Shown piece by piece: positions 1 through 12,710 of a stretch of DNA of 64,000 nt. A program made the position numbers and the translations under genes. The stretch is taken from NCBI GenBank assembly GCA_048013815.1, contig CM106585.1, positions 13,144,001 to 13,208,000 on the forward strand, given 5' to 3'. This DNA is from Setoptus koraiensis. Its lineage: Eukaryota > Animalia > Arthropoda. How positions within the stretch are numbered: position 1 is the first letter of the stretch; every line of letters starts with the position of its first letter. The notes beneath the pieces are model-generated. The model was not told the DNA's origin. It saw only the letters and a program-made list of their open reading frames with translations, and searched no databases.

Positions 1-2419
1 GCGAGCGACCGATCGGCCAGGTAAGAGCCGGGCAATAGGCGGCTGAAGGCCGCCGAGAGCTGGCCAGATTTGAATACGTAAGCACCGCGTCGGGCTCTCG
101 ACGCGGGCGCCACACGTGCCCACCGGCCGATTCCTTGCGGTCAGTCGGGCTATTCAGCCTTTGTTTCGGGCTCCCGTTTTGCGGCTCGCTCCCGTTTGCG
201 GCTAGCGCGCATCGTTTCGAGCAGCAATCCGGCCGGCCAAATGTATATCTGATTGAGCCGATTGGCGGGCATGGCCACGGGCGATCCGCTTCGTGATCCG
301 CCGGCATCGCTGGCTCACCTGTGCGCCCGGCGCCCATTCCCGCCGCAACAACATGTTGACCGGCGCCAGCTTCAAATGAGCAGCTGCGCATACTAAACTG
401 CCATTATGATAGCCTCATTTCGCTCACACAGCCAAGCTAACGGTCTCGCGCAGAATATAAATTTCAAAAACTTTTCCGTCGCTATTTGTTTTCGAGAATA
501 CTTGTTGTGAGCATACTTTTCGAGAGATAATTTTGCCTCATTTTCATTCGTGCCGGCCATCTTGGGTGCACGCCACCGCCGCGTCCACGTCGGCGATATA
601 GGACTCTGGCAGAGCTCTTGGGGGCCCGTCGGGGGGTAAGATTAATGGCCGGCCCTGTGGTGTTTGTGTGCGCGGTGCGCGTTGGCCGAAATGGCCGCTC
701 ATTCAAATCGCTAACAACTCAACGCCGCGCCGCACCACAGCCCCCCAAATCTCATCTAAATCTGACGACTATCCATTTTAAATTTAAATTTATTACCAGC
801 CACTAACGAGCTTATTATGCTCAAAAATCAAATCACTGAGCTGGCGGCCGGCGGCCGGTGACTGGCGACGAGCGCGACTGGCAAATTCAAATTGAACCCA
901 GCGCCCAGCTCCAGGCCAAATATCTGGCAAATATCTGACTGTATGATCTAGCGTAACATAATGGCATAAAAGAAGATAAGAAGTGCTGCCGTCTCGCCAA
1001 GACGCGGCGAGCCACCCAATAAATTAGGGCCAACGTATTGGCAGATAATTCAGTTTGAGGCCCCGTGATCACGATGTCCTTGTATTATCGTATGTGCTGG
1101 CGTGACGCACACCTAAAGAATTTCCAGCAGAGATTAGAGTGGATGTGACGGTTATCCGGGCCTTGTCAGTGGCTCCCATCGACATGGCGGCTTAAATTGG
1201 CACTGACGTTTGCTGGCGGGGGCCCGCTCTCAAGGTACCGAACTTGTGCAGCAAAAAAGCGGGGCCACCGGAAAAAGCGGACAATGTCTCGGCTGTCGCG
1301 GCGCCGAGCAGCGGATTGATTTGATTTTGCACGCTTACACCGGCGATCCCATTAGAATCATTCAATCATCGGCCCGTCGTCGGCCAGCCGCTACTCGGGG
1401 CCCCGATCGACGGGCCTGTCGGCGGGCTGAGTGGCGACAGGCACTCCAAACCATAAGTTTGTCGCTGTTGGCCGGCCGGTGTTGTCGTTGGAGTAGCGAT
1501 TGGTAGCGACAAGCGACAAGCCGCTCCAACGGAGCGCCCCACTAAGACGGGCAGCAAATGCAAATGGGCGCCGCTAGTGCTCGCGCCCTTTCTAGATCAG
1601 ATATGATCATCATCAGCATATATCTTAATTAGTAGCTAGTTAACTCATGTCTATAATGGTGTTTACTGTGTCGCTTATTTATCCGGCGGCACGGCGCGCG
1701 GGGCGCATTTCGCCCTGTCGCCGGTGTGTCTGGCTGCGCCCGCTAGGCAGAGATGATTATGCTAATAATAATTTATCCGGAAGTTTCTTCAGAAACTGCC
1801 ACTGCAACGCTGTGTGTTCTGCTAATAATAGAGCGCGCAATAGGCACAACACATGCAATGGCTCGTGCTGCTCACTGAGGCATACGCAGTGGCTCCGCCA
1901 GACCAACTGCACTTTTGGCCTCATTTGGGGCCCCATTGTGCCGGCCCCAGCATGCACAAGTGCGAGAGAGGCGGCCGAATAGGAGCGGTGTGTGAGCAGT
2001 CCCGTGGGCGCCGTCCGACGGGACCATCCGCTGGACGGGCCCAGACGTGGAGCATATCTACAAGTCGTCGTCGTCGTCGTCAGTGGTGTGGCCAGTCGCA
2101 CTGGCCCCATCGACCGACGACTGGTGACTGTTGCCAGCAACCAACACAACCACCGCCAGCGAAGATCATTTGCATAATGTAGGCAAGGTACAAATTGTGC
2201 AACGTCACAACAACTACTGATCACTGAACTGCTGATATCTATCTAACTTATTCAATCCAACTAACTCGCTGGCCAACTAAATGCCAACTGCAATAGCTAC
2301 AGATAGATCCAGACCAACACAACAACGTGCCGGCCTGGCTCAGCCGAAAATGCGCACAACTTTTACTGTCTAGATCTCTTTATCTCGACACCAAGTGATA
2401 AACAAGTGCAATGTCGCAC

Positions 2420-2766
2420 ACTCACGCTGTGTGTCACGCCCGGCGTGTTGCTCCAACGGAAATAGATGCGACAGAGGCACCCACCTTTGAGCGGGCCTCT
2501 TTTCCCTCAAGCGGGCCTATAGATGCCCTTTTAAGGTTGAGCTCGCATGGCCTGTTCGAGCTTGCCAATTTGAGCCTACAAAGTCAGAAAATTTTACACT
2601 GTATGACTGTCTGAGCTGCTTTTCCAACGTTGGCAAGGCACGCAATCGGTTTTTCGGGTTAACTGCATTTGCATTGAAAATTGTGGAACGCCTTCGAGAC
2701 CCGCAATTAAAAAACATTATGTCTGCGTTGTGTGTCGCCTACATGCCAGACATTCCCCATGGTCAG
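2420..2766 (-). pseudogene. Frameshifted Transib/RAG1-like transposase remnant
   Basis: The minus strand reads LTMGNVWHVGDTQRRH (2766 down). A CFxCG appears after removing 2 nt from a T-run (2716-2700). It continues NPKNRLRALPTL..EKQLRQSY..WQART (2567-2553)..HL*ARLREK..VP..G. This resembles remembered Transib LTMIDGKV..CYICG..LSTLHA..ECLLHISY..WQAR..IQxRFKEE..VP..NDG. By-eye match only. Confidence 0.4.
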
Positions 2767-2799
2767 CTCTATTATTTAGTTGGTTTTTTGTCTGTTTTT

Positions 2800-2837
2800 T
2801 CTGTTTTTCTGGCGTGTGCACACGCCAGAAAAACAGA
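2800..2837. repeat. Perfect 38-bp palindrome with no loop inside the TIR element
   Basis: tctgtttttctggcgtgtg|cacacgccagaaaaacaga. Confidence 0.9.
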
Positions 2838-2955
2838 CAAATAACCGTCGTGTCTCGTCGGCCAGTTGGCGCACAATACGACTAGCAGACAAAATAAAGA
2901 CGACTAGTATCGTGTACAGACACGAAAGAGGGCGCAACTGTACCTGCGCGAGCTT

Positions 2956-3075
2956 GTCGAAATTAGCGTTTTTTTCAGTCGAAATGAGCGTTTTTTCCGT
3001 TTTTCCAGTCGAAATAAGCGCTTTTTCGGTTTTTCCAGTCGGAATAAGCGTTTTTTCGGTTTTTGCCAGTCGAAA
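2956..3075. repeat. ~30-bp tandem repeat (about 3.5 copies) inside the TIR element
   Basis: Unit is approximately cagtcgaaataagcgttttttcggtttttc. Confidence 0.85.
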
Positions 3076-5506
3076 TTGGTTATCTGCGGTAATTCGGAGC
3101 AGTTTTTGGTTATTCGGAACACAAAAGTTATCAATTCGAAATTCATCGACAGTCAAGATTTGATGTGGATTTTTTTTTCTGTCTGACAGAAAGAGACGAA
3201 ATTCGGTAGACTTCGAATGAATCATTCGAATTGGCTGCGCTCAAGGAGGAAGTTTCTGGGTTTTGTCACCATTAGAAAATTTTCTGTTCGGAGCCGATTC
3301 TATCATCGTTAATGATCAGCTCACTAGAGAGCGACTTTGCGATTCGGCCCATCACCGAAATGATTCAATTCAAGATTCGGCGATTTCGACTGATTGTGTT
3401 TGTATCACTCTATTCACTGTTTAGTTTCACTATTTGTAGGTGGCCACAAATACAACGCTGGAGGACAATGGACAGTGTTCAATATTTTCGGGTTACCAGT
3501 GGCATTTTCGGAATAATTGGAGTTTCCGTTAGCACAAATGATGTCATATCGGAGATGTGAATTTTTGGCCGGCCATTCATCATGGAAATGTTGATACCGA
3601 AATGACTGACAACATCATAACGAAAGATGGTGTCATCTGGCGCTTGATCGCGCTGCGTTTCAACGCACTTCGGCCGCCGAAGTTCGGCGCACTGGTTTCG
3701 GGTGATGCAACTAATTTTTCTGTTGGCTTATGCAACTGGTTTTGCACCGGAAATGCCGGTATATGTCGTATGTTATGACATATAGTGAGAACATATGATA
3801 AGACCAACATGCAATGTGAATGAGACCGAAAGCGGGTGGGCACGGAAAAAGGCCTGGTGATTTGTGGCAATTTTAAGCGCAAAATGCGTTCAAAAATGGT
3901 GCCAGCGAAAAGTGAAAAAATGACCAACGGGCCGCTAACGGTTCGAGTGGGCCCATGTGACTCGAGAAGCGAGCATGGATATAGATGTCGCGATATAGAT
4001 GGCGACGGGCAAAATTGATTATAGTTTAGCACTTGGTGTGTCTCGCACGGGCGACGTTTCTGTCATCGATAGCGCCGATGGCCAGCGAGCGCCCAGGCCA
4101 GCAATAAGTAATAACGTTATGACGTTTAAAATAATCATTTATATCCCCTGTCCATTTGTTTGCCGTGGCGCCCGTGTGCCAGCTCGCCACTTCAATTCTA
4201 ACGGTTCGTGTCTTGGACGTCTCTATTATGGGCCACTGTCGGCCTCGCTATCGTTGGCGCCATCACAATTGGGGCGCCAGTGGCACCTATCATCGCCGTT
4301 ATGAGCCATATAATCTGGGCGCATTGAAGCACAGGTGTAAGCGCCCGTTTTGGCGTAGGTGGATCCCCATTGGCCGCTGGCTGGCTGGCTGGCTGGTCAG
4401 CGGCGAATCGTGCGACCCGCCGAAACAACGCCGGCCAGCGGCCAGAAAGGGGCCACGTAGGGCCCCTTTTAAAGTAATAAATGGTCAGCGGTGGGTTGTT
4501 GTTTTTCGTCTTAGGTCATTCACAATGGGGGCAGGCCGCTATTGGGCGCTGTACGCTGGTCATTGGGGCAATCTCATCGACAATTGCAAGTTATATAACC
4601 AAGACACTAGACAACTCTAATCTGCCACGTCCCTAACGGTGGGGCCCCTAACGACGCTAACGCGCTCGCGCTTGCCAGCCAGCCAGCCGGCCCGTTTGTG
4701 CGTCTGGCCGGCGTGTCCTTGACTAGAGATAAAGGCAAGCCTGTCTGGCGTGTGGCCCCTATCGCACGTTTCGTTTCAACAACAGCGACAACGGCAACAA
4801 CATTTCGCGGCAGCAGCGTCGTGCTCACAATGCTCACGTCGGCCGGGGCCCCATTGTTATGACTTGCTGGCTGGCTCACTGGCTGGCTTGCTTGCCGGCG
4901 AACAGTGGGCCTCAGAGCAGTTGGCCAGTTGCGCGAGCCATAACAACAATTTGGTCGTAACAATCTTTTGTCTGCAACCATTCCTATATCAACTCGCTTG
5001 TTGGCTAATCTAGCGCTTCGCCAGCAACAGTATCAGCTGAGCCGTTGGCGGTTGGTGCTCGATGGAAGTGATCAACAATAATCATTGCATCAATGACTAT
5101 AAAGATCCAGCCAGTCAGCCAGCCAGTCAGCCAGCCAGCCAGCGAGAGAGACCCATCGAGCTTGCAAGTGGCCTCGGTGGGCAACGGCGCCGGCCAGAGC
5201 TCGCTCGACCGTCCAAATGAGCGCCACCGCCCGATATCTGCGGGCCGGTATCCCGGGCTCTGGCGCACAATCTGCAGTGCAGATATCGGGCAGCAGTGTT
5301 GTTGCCCAATTGCGCCAACAACTGACTTGTAAGAGAGCGCCAGGCAACAATGAGGCCTCAACCTTCGGAGTTGCAAGTTAGGAGGGGCGCGCGGACGTGC
5401 GAATGGGCCCGTCTCAGATGCCGGCCCGCCAAGATACCAGGATACCGAAACACCGAAACACCGAAACACCGAAGTACCGAAACACCGAAACACCGAATAT
5501 TTTGGG

Positions 5507-5561
5507 CCATTTATCCATTTATCTGGTCAACCGAGTATTGACCAGATAAATGGATAAATGG
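5507..5561. repeat. Perfect 24-bp inverted repeat with a 7-nt loop
   Basis: ccatttatccatttatctggtcaa-ccgagta-ttgaccagataaatggataaatgg. It extends with one bulge to about 5498-5569. Confidence 0.95.
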
Positions 5562-8420
5562 GCAAAATAAAGCGAGCTTGCTTTTTGTTGTTGTGTCGTC
5601 GTCGTCGTTATTGACCAGATAGCGCGCACACAAGGCGAATTGCAGCAGACCATTTGCAACATTCGCGTGATACCGCCGCCAACTCATTAATGACAACATA
5701 GAGCCTGGCCTGTAATTATCTCTCGAGCCATCGCGCCCAAACTCAGCTCGCCAATGCTACTAAATTGCCGCTGATCGCAAAGTTTCTTTTAATTAATTAA
5801 AGAGGTCAACTTGCGCTGCAGATACTAAAGTCTCGCGAGCGACTCAGTGAACCGGCCGGCCGGCCGGGTATTTTCTCGATAAAGTCGTGCCATCTCTTTT
5901 GATTGGATGTCGGTCGGTGTGTGTGTGTGTGTGATTCTTGGTCGCACTTGAAGCGAAAGCGGCCCACTTCAATTTGTCCCATTTTAATTCCTACTGCCGG
6001 CACTAATTTCGCCGCCGATATCTATGTCTATTTGTTTGCACTCAAACAAATGGACAAACTGGGCGCTCGTTGAACCGAATCGCCGCGCAATTGAACGCCG
6101 TCGCTACGGGATACTTTTCGCCGCGATACTTTGGGCGCTATTTTCGGGATAATTCATGAGCCTCGGGTTTGGGATTACCGAGAATATTTCGGGCATAATT
6201 ATGAGTGGTTGAGGGCGCTGCGGGCGCGTCCCTGACCTCGGCGCGCGCGGGCACACGCGGCCAAACGCGGCCCACAAATGACAATGAACCGGCCAGCGCC
6301 GACAGTATATGTAATGGCTCAATGTCAACCAGGCACAACCTGCCAATTTGGGCCCCAATACCAACGGATCATTAATAGATGCGGCAATAATCGGTTGTTG
6401 TAGCCGGTGCGCGTGTTGGCCCGCTACTTTGTCGACGCGTCCGCCGAGCCGCACGCCCCCGCCCCCGCGCACGAGCGCCGCTCATTAGCCGCAACAAGGC
6501 GGCCGCGCGGTTTTGTTTGTGCTTGCTCATTAATCGGCCATTATTTCGGACACTGGCCGCGCGCCGGCCACTAACAGTCGAGCGGAGACATGTCGTCGGC
6601 TTGCCATCGACAGGCCGGCCAATGGATAATCTGGCTCATCTCTCGCGCACAGGTGAGTTGCGCCTGGCGAGAGGCCTGCCAACTATGATTTGTTGTTGTT
6701 CGTGTGCGGAATTCACCTGTGCGCCCCCCCCCCACACACACACTGGCCATTGTCAGACGGCTGTCGAGTGCACAAGTGACAATCGCCTGAGTGTGTGTAG
6801 TGGTGCGTCGGTTTGCCTGACGACGTTATTAACTGACGACACGTACACCAGGTGCATTGGCATGCATATTTGTTACGCGCACACACACACACACACGCAC
6901 ACTGCACGCGCATCCGATGTCCGATTGGCGAGTCCGTGGCACTGGCAAGCGAGTCAGTGGCCAAATGGAGCGGGTTACGATTGGGCAATGTGCACCAATT
7001 GCGTCATGCAAACAATGCATCGGTGCAGAGAGAAACGCGCACACGCGCGCCACCGAGTTGATGCAAAATCTCATTAAGTCCGCCACTGGCGACCGCCACT
7101 ATCACTACTTCCACTGGAGCCGCCAATTCTTTTGTCTGTACACACGGTTACGTAACGTTGCGTACCGTTACGTACCGTTACGTACCGTTATGTCTGAATG
7201 TGCCGCTGCGCCACATACCGACCGACCGGCGCTGGCCGGCCCGCCGCTCGCGGCGCCTCTCAGTTTCGCCATTTGTCATGAAACCGGCGCGAATGCCGCA
7301 ATGGGCGACTGATTAACACACACTAGCTCGCCGTTGTTGTTGTTGTTGTCGTTGTCGTTGTTGTTGTTGTCGTTGTTGTTGTCGTCGTTCTCGCTGCCGT
7401 TGCTGTTGTTGTTGCTGCTGTTGCTGGCTGTGTAGTTGTTGTCGCTGGCGTCGTTTTTGCGCCTCGTCTCACTTTTTGCCTCAGCGCTCCTTCCTCTGTG
7501 CCCCCCGCTCTCGCTCGCCCTCTCAAAGGCTTAACGTGTTGATGGGGCCACGGGCAGCCATAAAGATGGCCGCGCGTGGCTGTGTGCCGGCGGTGTCCGC
7601 CGGACTTTCCCCGGCGCCTCTATCTTTGTCTCTATCTCTGCAGCGCGCTTTTGCTCGCGTTTGCTCGTGTTTGTGCGCCCCTATATACCATGCTCCGTGC
7701 ACAGCGCTATGCACAATACTGTGCACAATGGCCCCCCAACAGCCGACGAGCGAAATCATTAATCTTATCCCTTTGTCTCATGTTGCCAGCTCGCTCTGTC
7801 CGGCGCCCTTGCCCGCGCTCCGAGTGACTGAGTGAGCAGGGCGCACACAAGGGCGCCAACAAGGCGCGCGCCACTAGCATATTGGCACACGCACACGCAC
7901 GCCAACAGCAATAAACCACCAGCCATCTACTTCAGCGGCCGCAGCGCCAAACTACCGCCTCCAATTTACCTGCCGGCCGCAGCGCCAACTACAGCCACAC
8001 GGGCCGCAACAACCGCGCCAACGACGGCCGCCGCGGCCGGTCACCTGGCTGTTGCCCGCCAGTATCATGGCAACAGCAGCGAAACGGGGCCAACAACAGC
8101 CAACGACGGCCAACAGCGGCCACAACCACCCACTTGGCGCCCACCGATGGGGCGCCCGAGACAATTACCATTAGACAACAACAACTGCACACAAGTCGCT
8201 TGTTAGGCGGCTCGACGCAGCGCTGGCGCCAGTGCGGGGCCCATCAATTGGGCCCGCACTCACACCGGCGGCCAGTTGGCCGCGTCTCGGGCCAACCGAC
8301 GGCTTCTCTCTGAGGGGAAGCGCTCCTTTGAGGGGCGAATATCGCCCCTTTGTTTGTGTGCAGCGGTGGCATTAGCATTATAGCACCTTACCGCTAATTG
8401 CGAGTGTCAACCCCATCTGT

Positions 8421-8530
8421 TGGCCAGAAATCACTTGTATCGCGATTCGCATACACACTCGATCACGGATACGCAATTGATCGCAACAGCCAATCACTGG
8501 CGAGCCGCCTAATAAGCGACGGTGGCGACA
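8421..8530 (+). pseudogene. Possible hAT C-terminal dimerisation-domain remnant
   Basis: WPEITCIAIRIHT..RN*S..NKRR resembles WPELxxxAIRIL..ERNWS..TKRRNRL. TGA is one change from TGG. A 5-aa deletion is required. Confidence 0.4.
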
Positions 8531-10400
8531 CTATCGCTTATACTCCCAGCAGACGGGGCCCCCGCAAAGCAAGATTGTGTCAATTTGCATGAAACAAATA
8601 CTAATCCCATCAGTTTGTCGCCAGTCTGGCGTCGACGTTAATGTCCCGCAGGCCACTAAAAAACAGCGCCGCCAAGACCAATTGTGGTGCGTTTTTGCCA
8701 AGGGGCCCAATCAACTGCGCCGCTTGTGATGCGGCCCGGCCCGATCCGCGAGCGCCAAGACCCGATCCGCGAGCGCCTAGACCCGATCCGCGAGTGGTCC
8801 GCAACGATCGCAACGAACAGATCGTCTGCGCCAGATGAGCTCGGCGCAACGCGCGCGCAAACAATGTTTCCGAAAAGAACCGAAAGAGGCCAGACAATTT
8901 GCAGATAGCGACGCATAACCGAGCATCAGATCACCGCTAAAATGGCCGGCATGACACCAGTTCAGTGAGAGCCCCACCGAAAGCCAAGTGGCAGTGATTC
9001 ATTAGCGCAACCAACCAATTTTCGCATCACAATGCCCTGAATGCGGGCAACCCGACGCATTCACACAATGCGAGCCATTGTTTTGCCCTGTGCAAGATCG
9101 CCAAAAGCCAAGATTGGCGCGGAAATTTATGGAAAAATCTATTATTATTTAAGCTGCATTTAGCTGCAGATTAGATGTGCGTTGTTTGAAAAAATGATTT
9201 TATCATTTTACAATTCGACGCGACAGCGATAGGCGGCGCCGGCCAGCACAACAAACTGACACTTGCTCTGGGAGGCTGTCGCGACGATTGCTGGCCGGTG
9301 TCGGTGGGCGCCCGTTGCGCCGAGCCAAAATTAATGAGCGAAAATGTTTGCGTTCGCGTTTGAGTCGAACTGGCAAAACTGGCGAAAATCGAGCTAGTTG
9401 TTGCACGCATCGCAATGTGTGAAGTCATCCCGAGGGGGCCAGCGACAAAACCATTAAACAACTATTATGTAACAGACACGAGCGACTGGCGCTGTCGCTG
9501 TTGTCGCTGTCGTCGTTGTTGTTGTTGTTGTTGTTGCTGTTGTTGTCGTTGCTGATGCTGTTGTTGTCGTTGTCGTTGCTGTTGTTGTTGTTGCTGCTGC
9601 GTCAGTTGCGGTAAATGGGATAAATTTTTGTGCTGACTTGTAGTTGTCGGCAGTGCACGCATCACGGGCACGCCGAGCTCAAGCAAACGCACCAGCAAAC
9701 AAACAAGCAAACGACTAACAAACCAACGGACACTTCGATGCCGTCGAGCTCGCGCCGGCAAGCTCGCGCTGTCAAGTTGATACTGCCAAGTTCATAGACG
9801 TGGCCCGATTGAATGGTTGTGCGTGCATTGTCTGATAACTGTTACTAGACAGGTAGTTACTAGAGCTATATTATAGGCTATCGTATGGATGTGAGCGCGG
9901 CATGTCGGTGAACAAGATTGAGATGATACATATACGCGCCCGGCGATACGGGCACAATATGAATTATTTAATGGTTAATCATCAATAATCATTACCTCTT
10001 TTACCTGCCACGAGCACTGCCGCCTATCGCTGGCGCAACCAGCTTTTTCTTTGTATTTCTTTATTTATATGTCCACAAATATCTGGCTCGGCGGGCACGC
10101 ACAACAACACCAGCATCCCGCTGTCCTGTCCGACAGAGACAGCGCCTCTACTGGGCAGAGCTCTACTCGAAGCTCTGCCCAAAGCTCCATCGCGAGCTGA
10201 AAGAAGACTGATGGTGTTACTTTTATCAAAATCTGGCCCGCTTATTAGCCTGGCGCCGGCAGGCGGCAAAAGATGGCGCCACTTGTGCTCTACACTCCAT
10301 CATCGCACAGTCTGCCCATGGCCCATCGGCGGCCATGGCGCACATAGCGACTTTCGCGACTTGCCATTACACCCAGTACAGTCACAAGTCACTGTACACT

Positions 10401-10550
10401 GGCCACTGCACACTGGTCACTACACACTGGTCACTACACACTGGTCACTACTAACTGGTCACTACACACTGGTCACTATGGTGAAAATGTATGGTGAAAA
10501 TGTATGGTGAAAATATATGGTGAACATGTATGGCGAACATGTATGCTGAA
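10401..10550. repeat. Two abutting minisatellites (about 14-bp cactggtcactaca and about 13-bp atggtgaaaatgt)
   Basis: Directly visible tandem copies. Confidence 0.85.
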
Positions 10551-11499
10551 TACGGTGAATAGCGGCCATCAATTGGAATGGGCAGTGTGACCGTTAGAGT
10601 GCAACGAGACCGAATGACAATCGATGCTGGGCTCCGAGTTAATAACGAGCCCGCTGACCGGCTTAATGACTGGCCAGCGGGGCCCGATTTGCGGCGATTG
10701 TCGTGGCCCCATTGGGGGACAGTCGCATGCGTTCAACTAAATCGGCGTGGGCGACACTCGCCGAAATCTCGTCCATTTTTAACTGTGCGCGAATTTGGAA
10801 CGCGAATAACATAAATAGCCAGCCAGAGATAGAGGCAATATCGGATGATGGCGGTGTGTGCAAGTGGCAACAAAATACATTTGCATTTGCATCAATTGAT
10901 GCCGGTCGCATCAACGTGATTGAGTGTGTGTGTGTGCGTTGTGTGCCCGCCTGTCATCAATAGATAGTAAATGATGGCAAGCTGCTTGATGATAAATTGA
11001 AAGTGCCGTTGCTTGAAAGGAAACAGACAAAGGGCCCCATTCTTTGCCATTGGTTGGGCCGTGGGCGAGCCAGCGGCTAGTCGTAGGCGAGCGTCGGCGA
11101 GCGTCGCAGATGCCGAGATACCGAGCCCATCTATTTATTTGTCTGGCTTTATGATGCAATGAGTGCCCGCCGACAACCACTGCCCACGACTACCAATGAA
11201 ACTAACTGGCGACTAGTGGGCGACAGCACAAATGCCAGCCATCGCCAGCCAGAAATCGCCAAATCCGATTCGCAATCCAAATCGATTGGGGCGCCCCCCA
11301 TCCAGCAGCGCCCATACCTAATGCAACATCTATTAGACTATCAGATTTGCCTGGCTTCATCTCTGGCCTGCTCATCGCTTTGCTCTCTAAATGAATAGAT
11401 GATGAATCAAGATACAATCTACTAATGATGCTGCACACGCACCACAACAACTCTTTGCACCATTCTTGCGTCATTGTGCATCGCGATGGGCGCACCATT

Positions 11500-11580
11500 G
11501 TATGCGCCCGTCGTGTTGCACCATTGTGTGCGCCCGTCGTGTTGCACCATTGTAGGCGCCCATCGTGTTGCACCATGGTC
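11500..11580. repeat. ~26-bp tandem repeat gttgcaccattgtgtgcgcccgtcgt, about 3 copies
   Basis: Directly visible. Confidence 0.85.
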
Positions 11581-11735
11581 GCCTTTATTCTTGGCAGTGC
11601 CTTGGCACACATATACCGACTCAGTATTACTGCCAGTGCATACTGGCATATATACATACTGCCAATATAATACTGGCTCAATATAGTCACAAATATCGCT
11701 GCTATACGCTTGCCAGTGCAAAGTCACATGGAGCC

Positions 11736-11782
11736 ATTGTCGCTATAGACCTTGCGGGCCATACAAGGTCTATAGCGACAAT
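11736..11782. repeat. Perfect 19-bp inverted repeat with a 9-nt loop
   Basis: attgtcgctatagaccttg-cgggccata-caaggtctatagcgacaat. Confidence 0.95.
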
Positions 11783-12630
11783 CGCGACTCGCGACTCAGC
11801 TCAAATCGGCCGACTCAAGCTATCGAGCGGGCCCTGAAGCCACAGACGGAGATAGTTTGCTTGTAGGGTGCTTGTGTGGTTTGTGTGGTGCGCATGGGGC
11901 CGACAATGCCGCGCCGGGCGGCTGCCGTTGCCGGCCGATCGGGTATAAATAAAAATGTTGGCATAAAATCAAAATTTAAAATCATACATGAGATGATCGC
12001 GATCAACGTAATGGCCACGCGCGGTCATTTACATGTTGGGCCGGCCATAAGTCCGTAACTCGCTGTAGCTATCGCGCCCCACCAATCTAAACTCGTTCCG
12101 TTCGAGTGTCGCTGGCGATCTCGTGCAGCGCACAAATGGATGGATCCATCTCGGGCCGGCCGGATCCATCTAGATCGAGGCGGATCTAGATCGAATCGAT
12201 ATAAATCGAGATATTTAGATAGCGGGCAGACGACGAGACGACGCTCGCAGCGACAGTGACAACAAACGACCGCGACACCAGATATAACGATAGTCCGATA
12301 CTTGATGGATAGTCGATGAATGGCACACATTTCGCATTTCGCCACATATCGGCCTGTCGCCGAGTCGCCGTGTCTGCGCGCCGCTCGCTGGGCGCCACTC
12401 TGGCTACATTCTGGCCATATCGGCAATTGCGACTCGGCCGGCACTGGCGCAAATGAGAAAATGGGGCCGCAGTTGGCAAATGAGAAAATGAGGCCGCAGT
12501 TGGCAAAGAGAATTTATCACTGTTGGGGCGCGCGGGCAAAAAATGGCCATTAACTGGGCGTCCCGACGACATGCGGCCAGCAGAGAAATGACGGCCGGCC
12601 CGAGTCGGGTTTTCTCGCGAGGACTCGCGG

Positions 12631-12710
12631 ACTCGCCAAGAGTCGCCAAGAGTCGCCAAGAGTCGCCAAGAGTCGCCAAGAGTCGCCGAGAGTCGCCAAG
12701 AGTCGCCGAG
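12631..12710. repeat. 10-bp minisatellite agtcgccaag x8
   Basis: Directly visible. Confidence 0.95.

Larger units (their letters stand above)
2388..4040 (-). mobile_element. Decayed TIR DNA transposon (~1.65 kb), probably Transib-like
   Basis: 16-bp inverted termini ACACCAAGTGATAAAC (2388-2403) and GTTTAGCACTTGGTGT (4024-4039) match at 15/16. A 5-bp direct repeat TCTCG flanks them (2383-2387, 4041-4045) with a 1-nt offset. The interior is AT-richer and lacks the microsatellites seen elsewhere. Minus-strand peptide traces (LTM, CFxCG, LPTL, SY, WQART) follow Transib order as I recall it. Confidence 0.6.

Noticed and set aside
2620-2760. Plus-strand Transib-like motifs (SNVGKARNRFF, YMPDIPH) and HK-x19-SE at about 3444-3510
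   Set aside because: They overlap or conflict with the better-spaced minus-strand traces and their spacing is wrong. This shows that by-eye matching gives false positives.
9030-9090. CPECG..LFCP as a LINE C-terminal zinc knuckle
   Set aside because: The conserved His is absent and there is no surrounding RT sequence.
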